Positions 15,979 to 23,587 of a stretch of DNA of 43,227 nucleotides are shown in pieces. Numbering within the stretch: the first letter of the stretch is position 1; each line of letters starts with the position of its first letter. The position numbers and the translations under genes were made by a program. The DNA is from an uncultured Candidatus Saccharibacteria bacterium (GTDB taxonomy: Bacteria; Patescibacteriota; Minisyncoccia; UBA10092): the NCBI GenBank assembly GCA_964553885.1, contig CAZKLP010000001.1:1-43227 (forward strand), read 5' to 3'. The notes under the pieces were generated by a model that was not told where the DNA came from, did no database searches, and was given only the letters and a program-made list of their open reading frames with translations.

Positions 15979-16018
15979 GGAAACAAGCAGGCCCATTCGG
16001 CCACTCTGGCACGTTTCC
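15979..16018. repeat. GC-rich hairpin carrying the GCCCATTCGG motif
   Basis: GGAAAC/GUUUCC closing stem (minus 16018-16013 / 15984-15979). The inner part resembles a class II tRNA D arm. The 10-mer GCCCATTCGG (plus strand, 15991-16000) is also present at 742-751 on the minus strand. Confidence 0.5.
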
Positions 16019-16029
16019 ATTATTATTTT

Positions 16030-16944
16030 TTATATTTTCAAACCCCGCAGAATTTTAATTCTTTCTTCAACCGGCGGATGGGTAGAAAAAATTTTTACAA
16101 GCCATGGAGTTTTTTTGCCTCCACGCGAATCCGCGCCGAAAGGATTTTCCAAAAATAAATGCGCGGTAGCGTTGGACGCGGTTTTCATCTGGCGTGAATA
16201 TGTTGAAATTTTTTCTAAGGCCTTGGCAAGCCCTTCCGGATACCTTGTTAAAAGCGCGCCGGAAGTGTCGGCTAAGAACTCCCTTTTTCGGGAAATTGCC
16301 ATATGAATCAATGAAGCGATAATCGGCGCTAAAATAGACAGTGCGATGCCGACAATAATCATAATTCCGCCGGCGCGGGAATCATTATTATCCCGACCTC
16401 GCATTCCTCCAAACAACATAGAACGCATAAACATATCCGAAAGAATGGCTATAAACCCGACAAGCACTACCGCCACGGTTGAAACCAGCATGTCTCTATT
16501 TCCTATGTGGGAAAGCTCGTGGCTAAGCACTCCTTCAATCTCACTCCTGTCCAGTTTTTCCATCAACCCGCTCGTTACTGCTACCACGGCGTTTTTCGGG
16601 TCGCGCCCGGTGGCGAAAGCGTTTGGCGCCGGGTCGTCTATTATATAGAACTTCGGCATGGGAAGTCCGGCGGCAATGGTAAGATTTTCTAAAATTCTGT
16701 AAAGCTCCGGATGCGATTTTAAATCTATGGGCTTTGCTTTGTGAATTTTTAAAACAATCTTGTCCGAAAACCAATAACTCAAAACGTTCATAAAAATGCT
16801 GAAAATCACCGCAATATACAAAATGCCGGGATTTCCGTAAATCTGGCTAAAAATCCACCCGATTCCGATGACTACGCCAAAAAAAACCGTCATGAGCAGC
16901 CAGGTTTTGTAGATGTTTTTAGAGCGCTGCGTATAAAGAGTCAT
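16030..16944 (-). CDS. htpX: Zinc metalloprotease HtpX (M48)
   Basis: HELSHIGNRD (HExxH), four TM segments. Start moved to MTLYTQR (16944), which abuts the lemA stop. Confidence 0.85.
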   Translation of the reverse strand: MTLYTQRSKNIYKTWLLMTVFFGVVIGIGWIFSQIYGNPGILYIAVIFSIFMNVLSYWFSDKIVLKIHKAKPIDLKSHPELYRILENLTIAAGLPMPKFYIIDDPAPNAFATGRDPKNAVVAVTSGLMEKLDRSEIEGVLSHELSHIGNRDMLVSTVAVVLVGFIAILSDMFMRSMLFGGMRGRDNNDSRAGGIMIIVGIALSILAPIIASLIHMAISRKREFLADTSGALLTRYPEGLAKALEKISTYSRQMKTASNATAHLFLENPFGADSRGGKKTPWLVKIFSTHPPVEERIKILRGLKI

Positions 16945-16945
16945 G

Positions 16946-17500
16946 TTAAAACTTAACCTTAACCGGTTCTCTTGCCGCTTCTTCTTCAAGGTCAAAAAGT
17001 TCTTTGCGGGAGAAACTAAGCGCGCCGGCAATCATATTCGCCGGAAACGATTCAATAGCAATGTTGTAGTCGCGAACATTACCGTTGTAGAAACGGCGCG
17101 CCGACTGGATTTTATTTTCTGTGTCGGCCAATTCGCGCTGTAAATCCAAAAAGTTGGCGTTGGCTTTGAGGTCGGGATAATTTTCCGCGACCGCGAAAAG
17201 AGTTTTTAGAGTATTAGAAAGCATATTTTCGGCCTCCGCGTGTTCCGCGTTGGAGCTCGCCCCCATGGCTTGCGTTCTGGCCCGGGTAACATTTTCTAAA
17301 ACGCCTTTTTCATGAGCGGCGTATCCTTTTATGGTTTCAACGACATTCGGAATCAAATCATATCGCCTCTTCATCTGTACTTCAATATCGGACCACGCTT
17401 CTTCAACGCGGTTACGCTTTCTTACTAAATTATTAAAGAAGAAAATAAGCGACAACAGCAAAAAACCTATAACCGCAATAATAATATATAGTATATTCAT
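16946..17500 (-). CDS. lemA: LemA family protein
   Basis: N-terminal TM helix, then NNLVRKRNRVEEAWSDIEVQMKRRYDLIPN and RRFYN. lemA-htpX is a common pairing. Confidence 0.85.
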   Translation of the reverse strand: MNILYIIIAVIGFLLLSLIFFFNNLVRKRNRVEEAWSDIEVQMKRRYDLIPNVVETIKGYAAHEKGVLENVTRARTQAMGASSNAEHAEAENMLSNTLKTLFAVAENYPDLKANANFLDLQRELADTENKIQSARRFYNGNVRDYNIAIESFPANMIAGALSFSRKELFDLEEEAAREPVKVKF

Positions 17501-17563
17501 AGGTATTTTTTTATAATAATATTTTTATATTTTAACCTTAACTTTCAAAAAAATCAAACAATA

Positions 17564-18181
17564 CTACGGCGCGTTGGGTTCCGGCCCTTGATTTGCATAT
17601 TTATCAATAAAATCACCGATGCGTTTCAATTCTTCACTGTTTAAAGAATCGTCGGAAACCGGATCAAATTTATCAAGCCAATTCCAAGCCGCGAGAACAA
17701 CTAATTTATCATTTTCCTTTCTCAGTTCAACAATTATTTTTTTCCCGAAGCCATAAAAACTTTCAATTTGTTTGATAATTTCCGGAGAGGCATCCGGGCG
17801 GTAAGAAATCCAGATATAACCATGTTCAAGATTATGAATTAGTTGCTCATCGGATAGCTCTTTTTTATAAACTCCTTTGGTAGCTGGATTGCCATAATGC
17901 CAACCGGAAGTCGGCGGATTGGAACTATAAGTCGGATGTGGCGCGCCAACATCAATATGATTTCGGCCTTGATCGGGAATTTGAACCGCATAAATTTTTC
18001 TTAGAGCGGTTTTCTCTTGGCTTCTTTTTATAAACCAATAAATTCCTCCGCTTATAACCAAAAATACTGCAATCCAAATCAAAATCTTTTTAAACATCTT
18101 AAATTTACCAGTTCTTTTTTCCCCGGAAAATTTTTCTTTTTTCTTTTGATCGTATAATTCTTTTGAAGACAATTCATTCAT
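17564..18181 (-). CDS. Membrane-anchored DUF3105-like protein
   Basis: TM helix, then PPTSGWHY...HNLEHGYIWISY, which matches my recollection of DUF3105. Confidence 0.6.
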   Translation of the reverse strand: MNELSSKELYDQKKKEKFSGEKRTGKFKMFKKILIWIAVFLVISGGIYWFIKRSQEKTALRKIYAVQIPDQGRNHIDVGAPHPTYSSNPPTSGWHYGNPATKGVYKKELSDEQLIHNLEHGYIWISYRPDASPEIIKQIESFYGFGKKIIVELRKENDKLVVLAAWNWLDKFDPVSDDSLNSEELKRIGDFIDKYANQGPEPNAP

Positions 18182-18197
18182 AGAGATAATAATTATT

Positions 18198-19325
18198 TTA
18201 ATTTTCTTTATCTAATGCTTCTTCAGTATACACGTTTCTCGGGTTCCATAAAAGCCAACCGCTGGTGAGGCCTGCGTCATAAACCGCTTGTTTTTCTTTG
18301 CGAATCATTTCTCCATTGTAAATCGCGCCGATATTGAAATCCTGAAGCCAAGGACGCAGTTTTTTAAGGCGCTTTTCAAAGACCGGATTAACTATCGCCG
18401 GCGTACTCGTGCCGACTTCCATGGCTGATTTTTCCCACAATTGCTGTTTCCCTTTTTCAATTGTTCCTAAAACCACTTCATAGGGATGCTCCGCCGGATT
18501 GTCAAACCCGAAATTTCCCGAAATATAATGAGACGGATAAATCATCGGACTGACATAATCAAAATAATCGTAAACTTCGGTAAATGCCTGGCCAATATTC
18601 AAATCACTACCGTTAAGCATATTATACGCGAATAAATCAACAGAAAGCATGATATAAGAATCATACTTCTTAAGTTCTGAAGTTAAATAACTCGCGAAAT
18701 TATTTATTATATGGTTTTTTAATACCGAAGGAAAAACAACATCGTCGTCTTTTTTGAAACTTGGGTAGCGGATATAATCAAAATTTAGTTCATCAAAACC
18801 GGCGTCTATGGCTTTTTTAGCAATACTTACACTATATTCCCAGACCTCGTAATTTGACGGATCCATCCAATACCAACCGCGTTTGTCTTGCCACAGCGAA
18901 CCATCTTCTTTTTTAAAATACCAATCCGGATGAGTTTTTATTTGCGAACTATCTTGAAAAATAACCAGCCGCGCTATAGTGTAAATATTTTTCGCACGGA
19001 GTTTTACGGTTAAATTTTTAATGTAGTCATCTATATAAACTTCGCTGTCTTTTACGTCAATGACAATAGTGTTGATTTCTGTCTCATCCGCAACGCGAAT
19101 TAAATCATTAAATCTTTTAGCGCGAGCCATCCAAACAGTTGAATAAACCGCTTTTTGGGGATTTATTGTTAAATGCTTATTTACTTTAACCGTCTCTTCG
19201 GTATTTAAAACATTTGAAACCGCCGCCGGAATTTTTTTAATAAAATCAAAATTTCCGGCAATAAACGCGCCACCGATGGTAACGAGAATTAGAATAATTA
19301 GAATATTGAAACTATATAATTTCAC
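18198..19325 (-). CDS. Putative glycoside-hydrolase-like TIM-barrel protein (DUF4015/GHL type)
   Basis: Signal anchor, then INTIVIDVKD...FDELNFDYIRYP pattern. Assignment is from memory. Confidence 0.55.
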   Translation of the reverse strand: MKLYSFNILIILILVTIGGAFIAGNFDFIKKIPAAVSNVLNTEETVKVNKHLTINPQKAVYSTVWMARAKRFNDLIRVADETEINTIVIDVKDSEVYIDDYIKNLTVKLRAKNIYTIARLVIFQDSSQIKTHPDWYFKKEDGSLWQDKRGWYWMDPSNYEVWEYSVSIAKKAIDAGFDELNFDYIRYPSFKKDDDVVFPSVLKNHIINNFASYLTSELKKYDSYIMLSVDLFAYNMLNGSDLNIGQAFTEVYDYFDYVSPMIYPSHYISGNFGFDNPAEHPYEVVLGTIEKGKQQLWEKSAMEVGTSTPAIVNPVFEKRLKKLRPWLQDFNIGAIYNGEMIRKEKQAVYDAGLTSGWLLWNPRNVYTEEALDKEN

Positions 19326-19360
19326 TTTGTTTATCTTACCATAAATTTTTAGATAAATTA

Positions 19361-19383
19361 AAACCGCTCTATTTCGGCGGTTT
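19361..19383 (-). terminator. Terminator hairpin after the 19388-19792 gene
   Basis: AAACCGC/GCGGTTT stem with a 9-nt loop, followed by a U-rich tract on the minus strand. Confidence 0.5.
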
Positions 19384-19387
19384 AAAT

Positions 19388-19792
19388 TTAATTTTTCGGG
19401 GTTATCAGAATGCTTCTATCACAGGAATCAATGTACACTTTCACATAAACTTTAACGCCTTGTGCTCTCACGCGAAAGTTTTTCTCTTCGCAATTACTCA
19501 AATAATCAACCTGATATTCGCCAGGCTCACGATTATAGAAATTGGCAAAACCTTTTTCATCTGTAAAGACCTAACTAGAACCAAAAAAAAAAGGATCGTC
19601 AATTTTTATTACTTCAACTGGCCTTAGCCCGACGGCCAATCCTGAAACCCCTCTACGTTCCATTCCTTTCATAACCTTTACGGTAAAAACATCAACAATT
19701 TTGCTTTCTCTATAAGACAAATATCCCATATAAATTGCCGGCCCAATTAATACTGCCAATGCAATCAATATGGCTTTCGTTGATTTCCTCAT
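19388..19792 (-). pseudogene. Membrane-anchored beta-sandwich (carboxypeptidase-regulatory-like) protein interrupted by an in-frame TAG
   Basis: 73 codons, TAG (19573-19571), then 60 more codons in the same frame (VFTDEKGFANFYNREPGEYQV...) to TAA 19390-19388. The domain-like pattern spans the stop. Confidence 0.55.
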
Positions 19793-19902
19793 GCGACCCC
19801 CACTTTGATTAATTAAAGATCTAATTTATTTATGATAATAAGATTATATTACATAAAGAATAAAGTCAAATTCAGTAATTTTTTTAAAATCCCCGCACAA
19901 GA

Positions 19903-19937
19903 TTATTTTACTCCCATTATCCGAATTACGGGAGTGT
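19903..19937. repeat. 35-nt hairpin repeat, copy A (downstream of the trpR-like gene)
   Basis: TTATTTT ACTCCC A TTATCCGAATTA C GGGAGT GT. 6-bp stem 19910-19915/19930-19935. Confidence 0.8.
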
Positions 19938-19956
19938 TTTATAATTAGATTTTTAT

Positions 19957-20388
19957 TTATTTAGATCTTTTATCCAAAATTAAATTAAATAATAAGAAAT
20001 GTAAAGGATATTTCTTTCTCAACCATTCAAATGAAAGAGGTCGGATCGGTATTTTATTGGCCCCTCTTTTATCAAGCACTCTATTAAACTCTAGAATTGC
20101 TTTCTCATAACCTCCAAAACCACTTATCAACCAACTATGGACTTTAGCGATATTATCGTATCCGGCTTTCATACGAACTCTGATCTCCTCATAAGTCATA
20201 CCTTCCAAAAGACATTTAGCAATCATGATTCGGCGCGACAACATAATTGCTTCGCTTTCGCTAAGTAAGTCCTTGAAAAAATTTTTAACCTCATCCCTTG
20301 ATTTAAACGCTGCAATACTGGTCCATAACAAATCTAAATATTTCATTCTGTCCAAGCTGTTTATTTTCCTTGGATTAATTTTAACCAT
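19957..20388 (-). CDS. TrpR/YerC/YecD-like DNA-binding protein
   Basis: FF.DLLSESE..ML..R..IA..LLEG.TYEEI......G..NIAKV pattern of the Trp-repressor-like YerC family. Start moved to MVKINPRK (20388). Confidence 0.7.
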   Translation of the reverse strand: MVKINPRKINSLDRMKYLDLLWTSIAAFKSRDEVKNFFKDLLSESEAIMLSRRIMIAKCLLEGMTYEEIRVRMKAGYDNIAKVHSWLISGFGGYEKAILEFNRVLDKRGANKIPIRPLSFEWLRKKYPLHFLLFNLILDKRSK

Positions 20389-20393
20389 AAAAG

Positions 20394-20428
20394 TTATTTT
20401 ACTCCCATAATTCGGATAACGGGAGTGT
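20394..20428. repeat. 35-nt hairpin repeat, copy B (immediately upstream of the trpR-like start)
   Basis: TTATTTT ACTCCC A TAATTCGGATAA C GGGAGT GT. Flanks are identical to copy A and the central 12 nt are the exact reverse complement of copy A. Confidence 0.8.
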
Positions 20429-20509
20429 ATCATAAAACAAAATTAATAACAAATTATTTAGAAGTTATTTGGAATATAAAAGTTGCAAATTTAAATTCCC
20501 CGCGCCAAA

Positions 20510-21181
20510 TTAAAAATTTTGGGACAAAAAATCCAATATCCTCTGTTTTAATTCCGGTTCGGCAGAAAACATCCGCGTGCCGTGCCCGGCGTCTTCGTAT
20601 TTAATGAATTCTTTTTTTGATGCCGCCGAAATGTCAAGCAAACGTTCGCACGATTCAAAAGCGTAATTATCATCGCGGCTCGCCGCGAGCAAAAGATTTT
20701 GCCTGAAATTTCGCGAAGCAATTTCGGTTTTAACACCTTTGTAATTAAGTCCAGGTGACAATGCAACAACAATTTTTGGCTGGGCTTTCGCGCCGTAAAG
20801 CAAAGCTAAATTCGCGCCGATTGAACCACCGATAACCGCTAATTCCGTATCGGTAATTCTAACCTTAAGCCATTGCGCCGCCGCCTCGACATCGTAAATC
20901 ATTTTATCGTAGTCTGCGGGCGTAAATTCCTGCCACGAACCCATTTCTCCGTACCAGGCCTCGGATTCGCCGTGTCCTCTTTCGTCTATGTTTAAAACGT
21001 TATAACCGTTCTTCCACAAAATTTCCGACAGTTCGTTAAAATCGCCACGGTTGCCCGGAAGAATATGCAAAAGAATAATTGATTTTTTGCCTTGACTGCC
21101 ATTAGGTGGGCTTTTGGCGTTAAAAAAATCACCGACGATTTTTACGCCATCTTTTGTTTGAAAATTAACTGTTTTTTTCAT
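20510..21181 (-). CDS. Alpha/beta hydrolase
   Basis: HG.GESE, nucleophile elbow GGSIG, C-terminal GH. 223 aa. Confidence 0.7.
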   Translation of the reverse strand: MKKTVNFQTKDGVKIVGDFFNAKSPPNGSQGKKSIILLHILPGNRGDFNELSEILWKNGYNVLNIDERGHGESEAWYGEMGSWQEFTPADYDKMIYDVEAAAQWLKVRITDTELAVIGGSIGANLALLYGAKAQPKIVVALSPGLNYKGVKTEIASRNFRQNLLLAASRDDNYAFESCERLLDISAASKKEFIKYEDAGHGTRMFSAEPELKQRILDFLSQNF

Positions 21182-21951
21182 GATTTCTTAAAAAGTAATG
21201 AGACCGCAAAGAAAACGATGCCGGAAAGAATTACCGACGGACCGGTAGGAAAATTAAACGCGCTTGAAATTAAAATACCGATAAATGTCATAACCAAACC
21301 CAAAATAACGCTAAAAACCAAAAATGATTTTAAACTCCAGGCAAAATTGCGGGCAGAAACGGCCGGTAAAATCGTGAGAGCTCCCATTAAAACCGAGCCA
21401 ATAAGCTTAATACCTAAGGCTACGCTTAACGCAAAAAGCATAAGAAAAGCAAGGTAAGAAAAATCAGGACGAAATCCGGCTGATTTTGCTAAATCTGGCG
21501 CCGCGATAACTAAAGCTAAACGGCGCGTTAATAGTAAGGTTAAAACGAATATTATTATGGACGCCAAAATTATTATTACAGCATCTCTATAACCTATAGC
21601 AAATAAATTGCCGAATAAACTTTCAAAAAGTTCTTCGCTTGGGACCAATATAACGCCTAAAGCAAGAGTGGCGGTAAAGAAGGTGCCTATAATAGCTTCG
21701 GGCGGCAAGGCCGTTCTTTTTTCAATAAACCATGTGCCGAAAGCTGCTGCCAAAAGAAATACCGCCGCCCCATAAATCGGATCAATATTCAGTATCAGCG
21801 CCAAACCAATGCCGGGAAGCGCCACGTGAGACAGAACGTCGCCTACCAAAGCCATTCTTTTAACAACAATAAAAGCGCCCAAAAAACTCGCTGCTAAAGC
21901 GGTAAACAAACCGGAAATCAGTATTAATAAAAATTGGTTATCAAATATCAT
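21178..21951 (-). CDS. Metal (Zn/Mn) ABC transporter permease, ABC-3 family
   Basis: Polytopic membrane protein with the MALVGDVLSHVALPGIG motif typical of ZnuB/MntB-type permeases. Confidence 0.8.
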   Translation of the reverse strand: MIFDNQFLLILISGLFTALAASFLGAFIVVKRMALVGDVLSHVALPGIGLALILNIDPIYGAAVFLLAAAFGTWFIEKRTALPPEAIIGTFFTATLALGVILVPSEELFESLFGNLFAIGYRDAVIIILASIIIFVLTLLLTRRLALVIAAPDLAKSAGFRPDFSYLAFLMLFALSVALGIKLIGSVLMGALTILPAVSARNFAWSLKSFLVFSVILGLVMTFIGILISSAFNFPTGPSVILSGIVFFAVSLLFKKS

Positions 21952-21972
21952 TTTTTAATATTTATTAAAAAA

Positions 21973-22743
21973 TTAGTGAAGATGATGATAAAACGCGCTT
22001 TCGCCGTAAAGCCGTTTAATCTGTTCGCTCGTTAAAGCATGTTCCGGCGCACCGTAGCAAAGCCGCTCCTTGTTAAGACACAAAACATTATTAGCATAGC
22101 GATATACGATGTTAAGGTCGTGAGAAATCATTATTATTGTTATTCCTCTTTCGTCTTGAAGTTTATGAAGCATATTATAAACACTTTCTTCTCCGGCAAT
22201 ATCAATCCCGGCCGTCGACTCGTCAAAAAGCAAAATCTGCGGATGTCCTAAAATTGCCCAGGAAATTAAAACTCTCTGCAATTGGCCGCGCGATAAATTT
22301 ACCAATTGCCGGTCTAAAATATTGGTGTCAATATTAACCGATTCTAATTCGTGAATTATTGAATTCATTATTTGCTTGTCCTGGAAGAATAAATTTTTTG
22401 ATTTCAATACAAAAAACTCCTTCACGGTAAGCGGCAATTCTGCTTTTTCCATCAGTTTTTGAGGAACATAACCGATTTTAACGCCCGCTCTCCATTTTAT
22501 TTCGCCATCGTAAGGAATAAAATCCATTAAAGCCCGGAACAAGACGGTTTTCCCGGCACCATTAGGACCTATTATCGCCAAAAAGTCGCCATCGTTTACG
22601 GAAAAAGAAATATTTTTTAAAATTTCCTCCTTGCCAAAACACACCGAAAGATCACGGACCTCTAAAATTTGGCTGGCATGTTCGACTTCCGAATGTTCAT
22701 GCCCTTTATGATCTTTATGTTCGTTATTTGTGTGATTCGCCAT
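21973..22743 (-). CDS. Metal ABC transporter ATP-binding protein with His-rich N-terminal tail
   Basis: Walker A GPNGAGKT, signature LSRGQLQR, Walker B LLFDE. N-terminus is MANHTNNEHKDHKGHEHSEVEH. Confidence 0.8.
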   Translation of the reverse strand: MANHTNNEHKDHKGHEHSEVEHASQILEVRDLSVCFGKEEILKNISFSVNDGDFLAIIGPNGAGKTVLFRALMDFIPYDGEIKWRAGVKIGYVPQKLMEKAELPLTVKEFFVLKSKNLFFQDKQIMNSIIHELESVNIDTNILDRQLVNLSRGQLQRVLISWAILGHPQILLFDESTAGIDIAGEESVYNMLHKLQDERGITIIMISHDLNIVYRYANNVLCLNKERLCYGAPEHALTSEQIKRLYGESAFYHHLH

Positions 22744-22762
22744 TATTTTAGGATTCTATATT

Positions 22763-23587
22763 CTAATTTCTATTTTCTAAAAATAGCGCCGCCGCGCCTA
22801 TCGCGCCGGCATTTTCACCCAACTGTCCGATTGTAATCTTAACATTTTTTCGCGACTTCGGAGAAATGATGAATTTTTTCATGATTTCTTTCGCCCGCGG
22901 CAAGAAAAATTCCGAAGCGACAACAATGCCACCGCCGATAATTATCGCTTCCGGATCAAGAATATTAATCATATTAGCAAAACCAATACCCAAGTTTTTT
23001 TCGAATTTTTTCGCTGCCATTTTTGAAAATTTTAATTTTCTCATTTGTTTTACAGTTGCTTCTTCCAAATCTTTTCCATTATTTATTATCATGTGCCCGA
23101 TTTCTCCGGCAGAACCGTTCGCCCCATAAACCATTTTACCGCCGATAATAATTCCCCCGCCGACACCGGTCCCAAGTGTCATGCCGACAATATTCTTATA
23201 ACCCTTTCCAGCGCCGAATAAATACTCGCCGCGGGTAAAACACTTCGCATCATTATCAATTACAACTTCATAATTGAATTCTTTTTTTAGCCAATTTTTA
23301 ATGTTTAGTCCGTCCAAAAAATTAATATTTGACCAACTTAAAATAATCCCCTTTTCTAAATCCAAGACACCGCCGATACCGCAGCCAATGCCTCTAATAT
23401 TTTTTCGTCCGCCTGCCTTTTTAATTAACTGCTCTGTTATCAGGTGAAGTTGATTAAAAAATTCTTTTTTATTTTTCGACATCATAATTTTTATTTTATG
23501 AAAAACTTTTCCGCCTATAATAACGGCGGCAATAATTTTAGAACCGCCGATATCTATCCCGATAATATATTTATTATCTATTGCCAT
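22763..23587 (-). CDS. ROK-family sugar kinase
   Basis: GIDIGGSKI, DNDAKC, GTGVGGGII, GEIGH. Start moved to MAIDNKY (23587). Confidence 0.75.
   Translation of the reverse strand: MAIDNKYIIGIDIGGSKIIAAVIIGGKVFHKIKIMMSKNKKEFFNQLHLITEQLIKKAGGRKNIRGIGCGIGGVLDLEKGIILSWSNINFLDGLNIKNWLKKEFNYEVVIDNDAKCFTRGEYLFGAGKGYKNIVGMTLGTGVGGGIIIGGKMVYGANGSAGEIGHMIINNGKDLEEATVKQMRKLKFSKMAAKKFEKNLGIGFANMINILDPEAIIIGGGIVVASEFFLPRAKEIMKKFIISPKSRKNVKITIGQLGENAGAIGAAALFLENRN

Noticed and set aside
15563-16004. ORFs 15563-15919 and 15705-16004 (118 and 99 aa, minus strand).
   Set aside because: They read straight through tRNA-Ser, its pseudo-copy and GC hairpins (GWPSGLRR... is a translated tRNA). They are not coding.
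16945-17031. Long N-terminal extensions in the ORF track: htpX from 17031, rplY from 6699, typA from 39255, the 41302 gene from 42015, trpR-like from 20433, and ROK from 23608.
   Set aside because: Each extension overlaps the upstream gene or a regulatory hairpin and lacks homology. Internal Met codons match the conserved N-termini (for example [17 protein letters not shown] for TypA).
19571-19594. Frameshift or phase variation at the T10/A10 homopolymer as the cause of the split gene.
   Set aside because: The downstream coding segment is in the same frame as the upstream one. Adding or removing one T gives early stops. The interruption is the TAG codon itself.
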